Part shown: in pieces, positions 18,654-29,370 of the stretch
Numbering within the stretch: position 1 is the first letter of the stretch
Layout: each line of letters opens with the position of its first letter
Assembly: GCA_949293905.1 (NCBI GenBank)
Contig: CASFFG010000005.1
Span: 78 to 64,077, forward strand
Direction of reading: 5' to 3'
Length of the DNA: 64,000 nt
Source of the DNA: an uncultured Christensenella sp.
Lineage (GTDB): Bacteria; Bacillota; Clostridia; Christensenellales; UBA1242
Position numbers and translations under genes: made by a program
The notes under the pieces: generated by a model
Told to the model about the DNA's origin: nothing
Database searches by the model: none
What the model saw: only the letters and a program-made list of their open reading frames with translations

Positions 18654-19232
18654 TTACGAATTTAGAAGATTTTCGCCATCTTTATTCTCGTTGTTTTCGT
18701 ATTCGGTATCAAGATTTTCACTATCTTCACTCAAGTCAATTTTCCCTTTTCTTGTGGAAACTATTTTTGGATCTATGATTTCTTTTTTAGGTTGATTTAA
18801 ATACATAGTCGTACGAGATGGTCGAGTCTCTATGCTTTCAGCATTTGTCTTAGCACTTCCTTCTTTTTTTAATAAACCAATTTCCCTTTGTACAACGCGT
18901 CTACGAATATTAGATATTTCGCCTGATTTTACTAGATTTTTATATTCGCGCTTTGAAATTTTTGCTAGATTAAAATATTCTTTATATTTCAAGTTCTCTT
19001 TCAAATACATTCCGCTAGTTATTGCAAATGGTAAAATTCCAAACAGTGTCCATGGATTCACGAACGCGCACCCTATACAAACTAGCGCTAAAAGTGAAGT
19101 TAATACGAACGGGGAACTCCATGCATGCGCATCTACTTCTTTCATTTCTGCGATATGCGCAATATAAAACTCTTGGTTTTCTGTAAGATTGTTCTTTTCA
19201 GTAGAACTATTATTTTCAGTATATTTTTTCAT
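18654..19232 (-). CDS. hypothetical membrane protein
   Basis: Two central hydrophobic helices and an acidic low-complexity C-terminus. I prefer the ATG at 19232 (MKKYTENN, AGGAG 5 nt upstream) to the track start at 19280. Confidence 0.5.
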   Translation of the reverse strand: MKKYTENNSSTEKNNLTENQEFYIAHIAEMKEVDAHAWSSPFVLTSLLALVCIGCAFVNPWTLFGILPFAITSGMYLKENLKYKEYFNLAKISKREYKNLVKSGEISNIRRRVVQREIGLLKKEGSAKTNAESIETRPSRTTMYLNQPKKEIIDPKIVSTRKGKIDLSEDSENLDTEYENNENKDGENLLNS

Positions 19233-19373
19233 ATGTACTCCTAATGCGAGAATTTTATCATGTAAATCCGGCTTTGTCAAGGGCGATATAGTGATTTGTG
19301 ATTAAAATTTTTAGATTAAAATAAGCATGCTATAAATTCATACTGATTTTAGTTAAAATAAACCTACTTTGAA

Positions 19374-19399
19374 TAAAAAAATTGCTATTTAGTAGCAAT
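19374..19399 (-). terminator. rho-independent terminator after nrdR
   Basis: ATTGCTA-tttag-TAGCAAT (19381-19399) preceded by A7 on the plus strand, which is a U-tract on the minus strand. Confidence 0.7.
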
Positions 19400-19406
19400 C
19401 ATTTTT

Positions 19407-19841
19407 CTATCTATTGATAAATCTGCGTATACCATCGAAATCATCGCAGTCTGTGTGCTGAGTATAGTAGACAAGGCAAGCCATTGTGCTAACCTCAATA
19501 AGCACATCTAACGCGATTTTAACTATATCCTTAGTACTAATCTCTTGCTGTTGAAGAGCAAGAAGTCTACTTTCAATCTTAGACGCGATCTCTTCGTTAG
19601 ACACTGTCATATCCACGCAATATGTAGCGTACTTAATACTCTCTAAAAGTTTTTCCAACTTGAAAGGTTCGCGAATATTGTCAACATTCGTGACTACCAT
19701 TGGGTTTGTCTCTACTGTTTCATATGTAGTAAAGCGCTTACCACAACGCAAGCACTCTCTCCTACGGCGAATACTCGTATCCTTCAAATACCTGCTATCT
19801 ACCACCTTACTATCGCTATTCCCACAAAAAATGCACTTCAA
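19407..19841 (-). CDS. nrdR: transcriptional repressor NrdR
   Basis: N-terminal zinc ribbon CIFCGNSDSKVVDSR...CLRCGKRFTTYE followed by an ATP-cone-sized C-terminus. TTG start with a GGAGG RBS. Confidence 0.9.
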   Translation of the reverse strand: MKCIFCGNSDSKVVDSRYLKDTSIRRRRECLRCGKRFTTYETVETNPMVVTNVDNIREPFKLEKLLESIKYATYCVDMTVSNEEIASKIESRLLALQQQEISTKDIVKIALDVLIEVSTMACLVYYTQHTDCDDFDGIRRFINR

Positions 19842-20021
19842 AATATACCTCCTAAATACTTTTTAAAAACTACACTTATATTATCTCATATTTCGACAAA
19901 ATTATCAAATGAATTTATATGTTTTTTAAAAAATTTTTCTATATATTTTGTATTCTACATGCGCTTACCACAAAATGTAGATAAACAAAAAATTAAATAA
20001 AAAATAAAGTATATTCATACC

Positions 20022-20402
20022 TTATTTCTTTGGAGTTATTTCTACCGATTGAATGTTCGTCGAGTTACCCTTCGATTGAGTATTGGAATTTAGGGCGATT
20101 ATGTCGCTATAATTACGACGATTTTTGTTCGACTTATTATCCCGAGTTTGCGCGTGCGAGTCAACTATGAGTTCGACTAATATCACATCTACCCCAATTT
20201 TACACACGCAATCAAATGGAATAAAAATCTCCTTCCCTGCACGAAAAATTCCCCAAAAGCCAGTGTTTGCCTGTGGGACTATAAAACCTAGGGCACACGC
20301 GGTATTTACATCAAAAATGATATCCGTTATGTGCCCTAAGCATTTCCCGTCCACAGTGTTTACCACCTGTTTCGCCTTCAATTCAAGGAAGGAAGTTTCC
20401 AT
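20022..20402 (-). CDS. YlmC/YmxH-family PRC-barrel protein with extra C-terminal tail
   Basis: LKAKQVVNTVDGKCLGHITDIIFD...IFIPFDCVCKIGVDVILVE resembles Bacillus YlmC. A tail of about 45 aa rich in N/S/K follows. Confidence 0.65.
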   Translation of the reverse strand: METSFLELKAKQVVNTVDGKCLGHITDIIFDVNTACALGFIVPQANTGFWGIFRAGKEIFIPFDCVCKIGVDVILVELIVDSHAQTRDNKSNKNRRNYSDIIALNSNTQSKGNSTNIQSVEITPKK

Positions 20403-20508
20403 ATATTATCTTATGTTAGATTAGACACAAAATGTCAAAATTTTACAAATTATCATTTAACGCTCTAAAGTAATCACGATTTAAAATAATAGCACTCATC
20501 AATATTAA

Positions 20509-22932
20509 TTAGTTTAAGTAAAGTCCTGCAAGTTTTAAATCTAGTTTTTGTTTCTTTACTAACGGCTTACATGGACTTGTGCGAGTTTGAATTGGAATAT
20601 CATTCACATCTACGACATGAATATCGTCCTTGTCTTGCAACACTACATCGCCCGTAATTATTGGCGATATGATAGCGAAAATCTTTTCCTTGCCCGTAAT
20701 TATCTTTAATCCCTTCCTATTCCTTGCAGTCACTGGAAGTTCGTTTAGGCTAAATTTCTTAGCGTTACCTTCCGGCGTAATGACTAGTACTCTATCTAGC
20801 ACATTTACCGCGCTAGCAAACATAACTTTCTCGCCGTCATTTAAACTCATACCGATAACTCCGCCACTATTTCGCTTAGTCACAGGGGCGGTCTTATACT
20901 CCATATTTACTGCCATTCCGTCCGTGCTGACCATGAGTATAGACGGAAGGTTATCGTTAATTTGAACCGCAACTAAACGGTCAAAATCTTTTAGTTTCAA
21001 TGCGATACTGCCAGATTTTAAATTGGTAAATTCGCTCGTTTCCGTGCGTTTAATATACCCATCTTGCGTCATCATTATTAGTTCGGCATTGTCGATTAAT
21101 TCTTGTTCTGTAAACAGACCTACCACCTTCTCCTTATCTTCCGCCTGGGTAATTTGGCTAACAAGTGCACCGCGTTGGATAAATTTAGCATTAGGAATAT
21201 CTCGAACGCGAAGTTTAAAGAAATTTCCATAATTTGTGAATATACATACATTACTATTCATACTAGTTTGAACAATCATTTTATGTAGCGCATTTATAGT
21301 ATCATAATTAAAGTTTGCGCTAGCATTTTGAATTTGTTTAATATCTAGTGTCTTCAATCTAAGTCCATCGTAACTTACCGCCACCGCACACTCGGTGTCC
21401 AAAAGTTTTTCGATAGGAGTTATATCATAGTTCTCAAAACTATCTACTATTTTAGTCTTTCTAGGAGTTGTGTACTTTTTCTTAATTTCCTTTAACTCGC
21501 GTTTAATTACAGCGTACTGTTTATCTTTACTTGCAAGAATAGAAGATAACTCTTCAATTAATTTCTTTAACTCTTCTAGTTCTTGTTTTAATTTTTCTAC
21601 TTCCAAGTTGGTAAGCCTACTTAGACGCATATCTAAAATCGCCTGCGTCTGCATTTCAGTTAACAAAAATCTCTCCATAAGTCGAGTTTTTGCTTCTGCT
21701 GTGGACGATGACGATTTAATTATCTTAATCACTTCATCGATATTTGCAATCGCAATACATAATCCTTCTAATATATGCGCGCGCGCCTTTGCTTTATCCA
21801 AATCGTATTTTGTTCGCCTTACTATTACATCTAGTTGGAATTTTATGTAATACGATAGATAGTCAAGTAGTCCAAGTTGTTTAGGGCTCCCGTCCGCAAT
21901 AGCCACCACATTATAGTTAAAGTTAAGTTGCATATCTGTGTGCTTTAATAGAAGGGCTACAATGTTATTTACATCTGCGTCCTTTTTTAAAGTAATCACA
22001 GCACGGATACCGCTCTTATCACTCTCGTCAGTAATATCGGCGATGCCTGAAAGTTCGTCTTTCATCTTCTCACGAAGTTGATTGATAGATTTTAATAACT
22101 CCGCTTTGTTTACCTGATAAGGCAATTCAGTTATTACTATATTCGTCTTCCCGCCCTTATCATCTTCAAAGTGGAAGACTGCACGCATGGTTACTTTTCC
22201 CCTTCCTGTAAGATATGCTTCGCGCATCTCTTTAGATGTACTAATCATGGCTCCAGTAGGAAAATCTGGACCTTTGACATATTTCATCATCTCGTCAAGC
22301 GTGATATTAGGTTTATCGATGTATGCAATACAGCCGTCTATCATCTCTCCTAGATTATGGGTTGGGATACTCGTAGCAAGCCCTACCGCTATGCCTGATG
22401 CTCCGTTTACAAAAAGGTTTGGAAATCTACCCGGTAGATAATCCGGCTCTTTAATTGAGTCGTCAAAGTTAAAACTAAAACTAACAGTATCCTTATCCAA
22501 ATCGCGCATTAGTTCGAGCGCTAGCGGACTAAGTCGCACTTCAGTATAACGCATTGCTGCCGCTGGGTCGCCGTCGATTGAGCCAAAGTTACCCTGCCCC
22601 TCAATCAATCTCTCACCCATGACGAAATCTTGTGCCATGCGCACCATTGCACCATAGACAGAAGAATCCCCGTGCGGGTGAAATTTACCGAGTGTGTCAC
22701 CGACGATACGTGCTGATTTTTTAAATGGCTTATCCGGAGTTACTCCCAATTCCATCATGTCGAACAAAATTCTTCGTTGAACGGGTTTTAACCCGTCTTC
22801 TACACGCGGGAGCGCCCTGTCCATAATTACATATTCGCTATACGGAAGCATGGAAGTGGACATCACTTCTTCGATAGTCTTTTCAAAAAGGTTGCCCGCT
22901 GGTGCTAAATTATTTGTATTGCTATCCTTCAT
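20509..22932 (-). CDS. parC: type IIA topoisomerase subunit A, ParC-like (topoisomerase IV)
   Basis: [18 protein letters not shown] (PVQRR is typical of Gram-positive ParC), the catalytic [10 protein letters not shown], and no QRRGGKG GyrA-box seen in the C-terminal domain. The locus is not next to dnaA/dnaN/recF. The gyrase versus topo IV assignment is tentative. Confidence 0.8.
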   Translation of the reverse strand: MKDSNTNNLAPAGNLFEKTIEEVMSTSMLPYSEYVIMDRALPRVEDGLKPVQRRILFDMMELGVTPDKPFKKSARIVGDTLGKFHPHGDSSVYGAMVRMAQDFVMGERLIEGQGNFGSIDGDPAAAMRYTEVRLSPLALELMRDLDKDTVSFSFNFDDSIKEPDYLPGRFPNLFVNGASGIAVGLATSIPTHNLGEMIDGCIAYIDKPNITLDEMMKYVKGPDFPTGAMISTSKEMREAYLTGRGKVTMRAVFHFEDDKGGKTNIVITELPYQVNKAELLKSINQLREKMKDELSGIADITDESDKSGIRAVITLKKDADVNNIVALLLKHTDMQLNFNYNVVAIADGSPKQLGLLDYLSYYIKFQLDVIVRRTKYDLDKAKARAHILEGLCIAIANIDEVIKIIKSSSSTAEAKTRLMERFLLTEMQTQAILDMRLSRLTNLEVEKLKQELEELKKLIEELSSILASKDKQYAVIKRELKEIKKKYTTPRKTKIVDSFENYDITPIEKLLDTECAVAVSYDGLRLKTLDIKQIQNASANFNYDTINALHKMIVQTSMNSNVCIFTNYGNFFKLRVRDIPNAKFIQRGALVSQITQAEDKEKVVGLFTEQELIDNAELIMMTQDGYIKRTETSEFTNLKSGSIALKLKDFDRLVAVQINDNLPSILMVSTDGMAVNMEYKTAPVTKRNSGGVIGMSLNDGEKVMFASAVNVLDRVLVITPEGNAKKFSLNELPVTARNRKGLKIITGKEKIFAIISPIITGDVVLQDKDDIHVVDVNDIPIQTRTSPCKPLVKKQKLDLKLAGLYLN

Positions 22933-22935
22933 GCT

Positions 22936-24921
22936 TTAATTCTCCTTTCCTTCGTTTTCATCGTTCTTGTCGTTCTCGTCGTTTTTCTTAAATGTATCAA
23001 TCTTATTAAAGTTCGCGTTCTTGTTAATATAATCTTTTCTTGGGCCAACATCATCGCCCATCCACATACTAATCTCTTTATCCGCCATGACTGCGTCTTC
23101 TAGTGTTACACGAATCATACTGCGGTTTGCGGGGTCCATGGTTGTATCCCATAACTGCTTAGCGCTCATTTCGCCTAAACCTTTATATCTTTGGAGCGAA
23201 TAGTTCTTTAATTTAGATGTGATTTGAGATAGTTCTTCGTCCGTGTAGCAGTACCACTCCTTATCCTTTGTGCTAACTTTATACAATGGTGGCATACCAA
23301 CATAAATATTGCCATTCGTGATGAGTGGGCGCATATATCTAAAGAAAAATGTTAGTAGAATACACCTAATGTGCATTCCGTCCTGGTCAGCATCGCTAAG
23401 AATAATGATTTTATTATACTTTAGATTGTCCAATTTAAAGTCTTCGCCTATGCCTGTACCAATTGCTCCAATTATGGTTCGTATTTCCTCGTTTGCAAGT
23501 ACTTGGTCAATTCTCTTTTTCTCACTGTTTAGTGGCTTACCGCGAAGTGGTAATATGGCTTGGAAGTATCTATCACGCCCCTGTTTTGCCGTTCCGCCTG
23601 CCGAATCACCTTCGACTATGAATATTTCGTTAATATCTGGATTTTTACTTGCACAGTTAGCAAGTTTTCCTATCAGCATACTAGATTCAATCGAATTTTT
23701 GCTTCTAGCAAGGTCTTTTGCACGCTTAGTTGCTTGGCGAACGCGGGCAGCGTTTCGCGCTTTTTCTATTATAATATTTCCTATATTCTCGTTCTTCTTT
23801 ATCGAGAAAAATTCAGTGAGACCTTGCGTACATACGCTCTCAACTCGTGCGCGCGCTTCAACATTACCTAACTTTGTCTTAGTTTGACCTTCAAATTGAA
23901 CATTTTTCATCTTAATTGATAGGACTGCAACTAGGCCTTCTCTAAAATCATCACCGATAAAGGCTATTTCCTTATCTTTTTTGTCTTTTCCACCTTCTTT
24001 TGTGTGCTTTTTAGCAAAATCATTAAGTACCTTTGTAAGTGCTGTTTTAAAGCCTACTTCATGCGTTCCACCTTCTGGGGTCGGGATATTATTTACATAA
24101 CTGAAAATATTTTCAGTATAATTATCCACATACTGAAGTGCAAGTGAGACATATGTATCTTCAATCTCGTTTTCTATGTAAATCGGTGGAACAAAGAGTG
24201 GCTTTCTATCCATTGTCAAACTACTTACATAGTCGCGAATTCCGCCTTCGTAGCACAGTGTTTCATGTTTATTCGTGCGCTCGTCAATTAAGTCTATATG
24301 CACACCTTTATTTAAAAAAGCAGTCTCTTTTAGTCGTTCGTAAACCGTATCGTAATCGAATTTTATATCTTTAAATACCCTATCGTCTGGAAGAAAACGT
24401 ACATATGTACCTTTTAGAGTGGTATTCCCCATCTCTTTTAATTTTACAACCGGAACACCACTATGAATTTTACCATTCTTTTCTATTGATTCGAAGCGTG
24501 CGAAATATTTTTTACCGTCCTTATACACGGTAACTTCAAGGTATCTACTGAGCGCATTTGTGACGCTCGCGCCAACTCCATGTAGTCCGCCCGAATATTT
24601 ATAATTATTGTCGCCAAATTTTCCGCCGGCATGAAGTTGAGTAAACACAACTTCCACTCCACTAACCTTCAATTTTGGATGCGGGCTCACAGGAATACCT
24701 CGCCCATTGTCGAGTACTGACGCCGTTCCGTCCTTATGCAAAGTGACTACTACCTTGTTTCCAAAGCCATTTGCAATTTCGTCTATCGCGTTGTCAATAA
24801 TTTCCCACAAAAGATGGTGAAGCCCTTTTGTTCCCGTCGTCCCTATGTACATACCTGGGCGCATTCTTACAGCGTCCAAACCTTCTAATACTATTAAATC
24901 TTTTGAATCATAACCAGCCAT
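22936..24921 (-). CDS. parE: type IIA topoisomerase subunit B, ParE-like
   Basis: GHKL ATPase region (LHHLLWEIIDNAIDE, GGLHGVGASV), TOPRIM (EIFIVEGDSAGG, DADQDGMHI), and an acidic/N-rich tail. Confidence 0.85.
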   Translation of the reverse strand: MAGYDSKDLIVLEGLDAVRMRPGMYIGTTGTKGLHHLLWEIIDNAIDEIANGFGNKVVVTLHKDGTASVLDNGRGIPVSPHPKLKVSGVEVVFTQLHAGGKFGDNNYKYSGGLHGVGASVTNALSRYLEVTVYKDGKKYFARFESIEKNGKIHSGVPVVKLKEMGNTTLKGTYVRFLPDDRVFKDIKFDYDTVYERLKETAFLNKGVHIDLIDERTNKHETLCYEGGIRDYVSSLTMDRKPLFVPPIYIENEIEDTYVSLALQYVDNYTENIFSYVNNIPTPEGGTHEVGFKTALTKVLNDFAKKHTKEGGKDKKDKEIAFIGDDFREGLVAVLSIKMKNVQFEGQTKTKLGNVEARARVESVCTQGLTEFFSIKKNENIGNIIIEKARNAARVRQATKRAKDLARSKNSIESSMLIGKLANCASKNPDINEIFIVEGDSAGGTAKQGRDRYFQAILPLRGKPLNSEKKRIDQVLANEEIRTIIGAIGTGIGEDFKLDNLKYNKIIILSDADQDGMHIRCILLTFFFRYMRPLITNGNIYVGMPPLYKVSTKDKEWYCYTDEELSQITSKLKNYSLQRYKGLGEMSAKQLWDTTMDPANRSMIRVTLEDAVMADKEISMWMGDDVGPRKDYINKNANFNKIDTFKKNDENDKNDENEGKEN

Positions 24922-24978
24922 AACATTCCTTTTAATAAGTTTAATATTTCCGCTGATTATTATACCAAATTTAAAAAA

Positions 24979-26055
24979 TTATAGCAATTTATTTGAGAGT
25001 ACCGAACTATTAAAATATGAAAATTTCTTTGGTTTGAGCGCATTTTCTATCAATTCATCAACAAGAGTTATATAGTCTATGCCTACATCTTCATATAAAT
25101 AAAACGCAAGCGAGCCCGGTATTGTATTGACTTCATTTAGATATAGTGTGTCGCAATCCTTATCAAAAATATAGTCAATTCTAACTACACCGTTAAGATT
25201 TAACCTTTCGTATATTGCACGAGTGTAGTCGTCTATTTTTGATTTTAATTCGTCACTGATTTTTGCCGGTATTATCCTATCTCTTTGCTTCCCCGCTTTT
25301 GAGTGCATATACTTTTCTTCAAATGTTAAAATATTGTCATTTTTTATTGGGTTTTCTATAGCACTAACGACCAATCCGTTTTTTGTGCGATAGCAAGCCT
25401 GATTATACTCAAGCATATTAACTACCCTTTCTTCCACGAGAGCGTCGTCGTTCAATTCAAAAATTGCGTCAATTTGCTCAGTGAAATCAGTTTTATTGCA
25501 TGCCTTTACGCCAATGCTTGAGCCAAGTGCGTTGGGCTTAACGATTAAATCATCTTTGAAATTCGCTTCAATTTCACTTATCTTTTCTTCATAATTATTT
25601 TTATTTATAAGTGTTCCTTTTATCGTTGGAACAATATCTCTTAATAGAGTTTTAGTTAGACTCTTATTCATACAAATATGAGCAGAGAGCGAATCACAAC
25701 TAGTATGACGAATTCCGTTTACGGCAAAGAATCCTGCTAAATCGCCATTCTCCCCAACTCCGCCATGGCAACAGTTTATCGCGACAAAGATATCACATAA
25801 TTTTTTTAGAAAAATGTGTTTTGTATAAATACTATCCTTAATGACATATACCTTCTTTAGGTTTAAGTTATCTTTATCTTTAAATTCGGCTATATCACTA
25901 ACATGTGTTGCTAAATAAAACTCGTTATCTAGCCCAATGTAGATAAGTTCGACCTCGTATCTTGATTTGATATTTTTAAATAATTGCATGGCGGTGATAA
26001 TTGAAATATCATGCTCCGTACTCGCTCCGCCAAAAAATATACATAACTTTTTCAT
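24979..26055 (-). CDS. ddl: D-alanine--D-alanine ligase
   Basis: 358 aa. N-terminal MKKLCIFFGGASTEHDISI, an ATP-grasp core and the C-terminal LNEVNTIPG motif. Confidence 0.9.
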   Translation of the reverse strand: MKKLCIFFGGASTEHDISIITAMQLFKNIKSRYEVELIYIGLDNEFYLATHVSDIAEFKDKDNLNLKKVYVIKDSIYTKHIFLKKLCDIFVAINCCHGGVGENGDLAGFFAVNGIRHTSCDSLSAHICMNKSLTKTLLRDIVPTIKGTLINKNNYEEKISEIEANFKDDLIVKPNALGSSIGVKACNKTDFTEQIDAIFELNDDALVEERVVNMLEYNQACYRTKNGLVVSAIENPIKNDNILTFEEKYMHSKAGKQRDRIIPAKISDELKSKIDDYTRAIYERLNLNGVVRIDYIFDKDCDTLYLNEVNTIPGSLAFYLYEDVGIDYITLVDELIENALKPKKFSYFNSSVLSNKLL

Positions 26056-26099
26056 GTTAGTATATATTCAAAATTTTTTAAATTTGCATATTAATTAAT

Positions 26100-26801
26100 A
26101 TGAATTTCATCTTCCATGGAGAAATTATTGATTATCAGTACATAAATTCACATAAGGAAAAGACTATACTTCTTTTACACGGCTGGGGCGGGGATAAAAA
26201 TTCATTTTTGCCGACTATTAAGATTTTAAAGACAAGGTTCAATATCCTGACTCTAACAATGCCTACAGTCAATCCTACAAAAATAGTTTGGCATTTACAA
26301 GATTTTAAGGACCTTATATTAAACATTTTGTCTGCTTTAAATATCATGTCCATTAGCATCGTTTGTCATAGTTTTGGATTTAGGGTTGCAAGCCTTTTGA
26401 ATGGAATTTGCAAAATTGAGAAAATTGTCGTAACGGGCGGTGCTGGACTGAAAAGAAAAAATAAAATTAAAGAATTAGAAAATGAAAATAATTTAATCCT
26501 TTTACGACAGAAAAAGTTTAAATACCTATTCAAAAAAATTGCAAGTGCAGACTACTTAAATTTATCTAAGATAAACAAGATTAGTTTTAAAAATATCGTC
26601 AATTTTGAATCGAATAAAATGATCAAATTTTCTTGTCCAATGCTCGCATTTTGGGGTAACAATGATGATGCCACTCCCATCTCTATGGGTAAAAAGATTG
26701 CTAAAAAAAACAAAATAAAACTCAATGTTGTAAGCGGAAGCCATTTTGCCTATTTAGAACATAATGCAGAGTTCAATAATTTAGTTAGGAATTTTTTATG
26801 A
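26100..26801 (+). CDS. alpha/beta-fold hydrolase
   Basis: LLLHGWGG oxyanion region, nucleophile elbow CHSFG, and a C-terminal SGSHFAYLEH histidine. The stop overlaps the murF-like start (ATGA). Confidence 0.7.
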   Translation: MNFIFHGEIIDYQYINSHKEKTILLLHGWGGDKNSFLPTIKILKTRFNILTLTMPTVNPTKIVWHLQDFKDLILNILSALNIMSISIVCHSFGFRVASLLNGICKIEKIVVTGGAGLKRKNKIKELENENNLILLRQKKFKYLFKKIASADYLNLSKINKISFKNIVNFESNKMIKFSCPMLAFWGNNDDATPISMGKKIAKKNKIKLNVVSGSHFAYLEHNAEFNNLVRNFL

Positions 26802-28318
26802 GAATTTTGTTTTATATCTTTAATTCATTTTTAATTATTAGTAATGCGTTTTATGTAAAAAAATTTTTACATATTTATCAATTAAAAAATTATCAAAATT
26901 TAAGATTTTTGGAATTTTTTTCTAAAAATATCAAAATTTACATAGTTTTTCTAGCATTTTTTGTCGTTTTTCTAGCATTTTTAAAAAATTTTTATGTAAT
27001 TTCAGTTTTTAATATTGTTATTTTTATTTCCAATTATTATTTATTTAAAGACATAATTAATTCTAAAAAGACGCCAATAAATTACACAAAAAAATTAATA
27101 CGAATTTATCTTCTTTCTATCGTTTTAGTCATCATTCCGCTTCCACTATATTTCGGTTACGTGCTATCTACTTTTATTCTATTGTTCTCGCCGATTATAT
27201 CAAATATTTTAAATTTATATGACAAAATTTTAAATGCAATTTACATACACAAAGCACGAAAAAAATTAAAATCTAGTAATGTTAAAATCATTGCTATAAC
27301 AGGTAGTAACGGAAAGACTAGCGTAAAAAATATTTTAGCAAAAATTTTGGAAAAAGATTACAAAGTTCTACCTACCCCGCTTAGTTACAACACACCATTA
27401 GGAATAGCAAAATTCATAAATGAAAATACACTTGACAATATCGATTTTATTATTCTTGAATATGGAGCACGAAGAGTCGGTGATATAAAAAAACTTTGTA
27501 AAATTTTTGGTGCTGATTATGGCATTGTCACTATGGTTGGAAATCAACATTTAGCAACCTTTAAATCAAGAGAAAATATCTATCTAGCAAAACGAGAGTT
27601 AGCGAAATTTTTAAAAGAAAAATTATGTGTATTTAATCTAGATAACATATATACCTTACGAATGTTTTACGAAAAATATGGCGAAAAAGTTGGAGTCAGC
27701 ATAAATACCCAAAACGGCGGAAATGATAAAAATTTAATTTACGCAAATGATATAAATATAAAAAACTTTTTAACCGAATTTAATCTTCATGTATTTAATA
27801 AAACGTACAAAGTAAAAACTAGCCTTTTAGGTGCACACAATGTATTGAACATCGTTTTATGCACAGCACTCAGTTTACGCCTTGGCGTGAAAATTAGAAA
27901 AATTGTTTCCGCTATTCGTTCTCTTAAGTTCACTCCACATAGACTAGAACTAATTAAATCTAGAATAAACATTTTTGACGATAGTTACAACTGCTCACTA
28001 GATAGTGCTAAGGCTTCAATAGATGTGTTATCAAAAATGAAAAATAAAAAAATGGTCGTAACCCCAGGGATAATAGAAGGTGGGAAAACCGAATACGACC
28101 TTAATTTTCAACTTGGGAAAATGTTACATATCTTTGACTTTGTAATTATAATTGGAGAGCATAACAAACGGGCAATCACAGACGGACTAAAATCCATTAA
28201 GAAAACTTCTAATATATTTTATTGTCGCGACTTAGAAGGTGCAAAAAAATATTTTTCAATGCTTAATGACGGCGAGAATCTACTCCTATTAAATGACCTA
28301 CCAGACGACTACGATTAA
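26798..28318 (+). CDS. murF: MurF-type Mur ligase with a polytopic membrane N-terminus
   Basis: Residues from about 165 on contain IIAITGSNGKTSVKNIL (P-loop), EYGARRVGDI, GNQHLATFKS, LLGAHNVLN and DDSYNCSLDS, matching the central and C-terminal Mur ligase domains of MurF type. The first 150 aa or so are hydrophobic helices. The gene is adjacent to ddl as in Bacillus. Confidence 0.78.
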   Translation: MRILFYIFNSFLIISNAFYVKKFLHIYQLKNYQNLRFLEFFSKNIKIYIVFLAFFVVFLAFLKNFYVISVFNIVIFISNYYLFKDIINSKKTPINYTKKLIRIYLLSIVLVIIPLPLYFGYVLSTFILLFSPIISNILNLYDKILNAIYIHKARKKLKSSNVKIIAITGSNGKTSVKNILAKILEKDYKVLPTPLSYNTPLGIAKFINENTLDNIDFIILEYGARRVGDIKKLCKIFGADYGIVTMVGNQHLATFKSRENIYLAKRELAKFLKEKLCVFNLDNIYTLRMFYEKYGEKVGVSINTQNGGNDKNLIYANDINIKNFLTEFNLHVFNKTYKVKTSLLGAHNVLNIVLCTALSLRLGVKIRKIVSAIRSLKFTPHRLELIKSRINIFDDSYNCSLDSAKASIDVLSKMKNKKMVVTPGIIEGGKTEYDLNFQLGKMLHIFDFVIIIGEHNKRAITDGLKSIKKTSNIFYCRDLEGAKKYFSMLNDGENLLLLNDLPDDYD

Positions 28319-29370
28319 TCTATTTTCTTAATCATTTCAATGCAATCGTCCCCGTTTTCGTAGTACTTCTTGCGTATTCTCCTTATTTTGAAACCAAATT
28401 TTTCGTACAATAAATATGCTGTTATATTAGACTTTGCAACTTCCAAACTTAGTGTCTCTACACCCTTTGATTTAGCAAATATTTCCGCTTGTTCTAGTAA
28501 TCTCGTGCCTATACCTAAATTTCTAAACTCAGTATCTACTGCTATACTTTCAACGTTTAATTCATCTGTTAAATTTAATATAATATATCCAACTATTTCA
28601 TCATTGAATTTAGAGACATAAATTAAAGAATTTTCATTTTTTAGTTGATTTTCTATTAAATTTTTTGAAAAAAGATTAGTTTTTATTGAATTTTTTTGAA
28701 TTTTTACGATTTTTTCTAAATCTTCTTTCTTCGCCTGTTCAATACCAATTACTCCGTGTTTTAATTTTTCTCTCTCTGCTTGTGAGAGTTGATAATAAAT
28801 TGGAGTAAGCGTTTTGTCCGTAGATTTAATTAAACAATCTAAGAAAATCTTTTCATCAAATTCAACTTCAAACGAATTTAAACTTTCATCTTTTGCATAC
28901 ATTCCTATTTGTTTCCCGTTAGACAATTTCACCAATTCGTCATGCGTGATATTGTGGTCATACTTATACAAAAAGCCGTTTACATTTCGCGCAACAAAAT
29001 AACTGTCTCTACTTCCCAAAATCGCAACGACATCAATATCTTCATTTTGCGATTTTGCTAGTTCGTAAAGTAAATCCAGATTGTTTATTCCTTTGGCACT
29101 CTTTTTTGTAGCGTCACGAAATGCCTTAATGGTTGCTATGCCGACTCTAATACCCGTAAACGAACCGGGGCCTATCACTACTCCATATTCGTCAATATCG
29201 CTTAATTTTAACTTTTGAGATTTTAACAATTTGTCAATTTCTGGCAACATGGTTTCATTGTGATGCATTTTAGATTTTAAAATCGTTGAAAAAAGTTTAC
29301 CATCATTTTCGATGGTTATTACTAAATCATCATTTGCAGTGTTAATCAAAAGTCTTTTCATAAATCTCAA
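28315..29370 (-). CDS. tsaB: fusion: TsaB (t6A synthesis) N-terminal plus RimI-type GNAT acetyltransferase C-terminal
   Basis: TsaB motif VVIGPGSFTGIRVGIATIKAF. The C-terminal 150 aa carry the GNAT motif IAVDTEFRNLGIGTRLLEQAE...LYEKFGFK. The start may be the ATG at 29361 (MKRLL). Confidence 0.85.
   Translation of the reverse strand: MRFMKRLLINTANDDLVITIENDGKLFSTILKSKMHHNETMLPEIDKLLKSQKLKLSDIDEYGVVIGPGSFTGIRVGIATIKAFRDATKKSAKGINNLDLLYELAKSQNEDIDVVAILGSRDSYFVARNVNGFLYKYDHNITHDELVKLSNGKQIGMYAKDESLNSFEVEFDEKIFLDCLIKSTDKTLTPIYYQLSQAEREKLKHGVIGIEQAKKEDLEKIVKIQKNSIKTNLFSKNLIENQLKNENSLIYVSKFNDEIVGYIILNLTDELNVESIAVDTEFRNLGIGTRLLEQAEIFAKSKGVETLSLEVAKSNITAYLLYEKFGFKIRRIRKKYYENGDDCIEMIKKID

Noticed and set aside
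19842-20021. I looked for NrdR boxes (autoregulation) and a riboswitch upstream of nrdR.
   Set aside because: Only a half-site-like acacttatattat is present, with no paired 16-bp palindromes. A plain TTGATA-17-GATAAT promoter and a short UTR explain the region.
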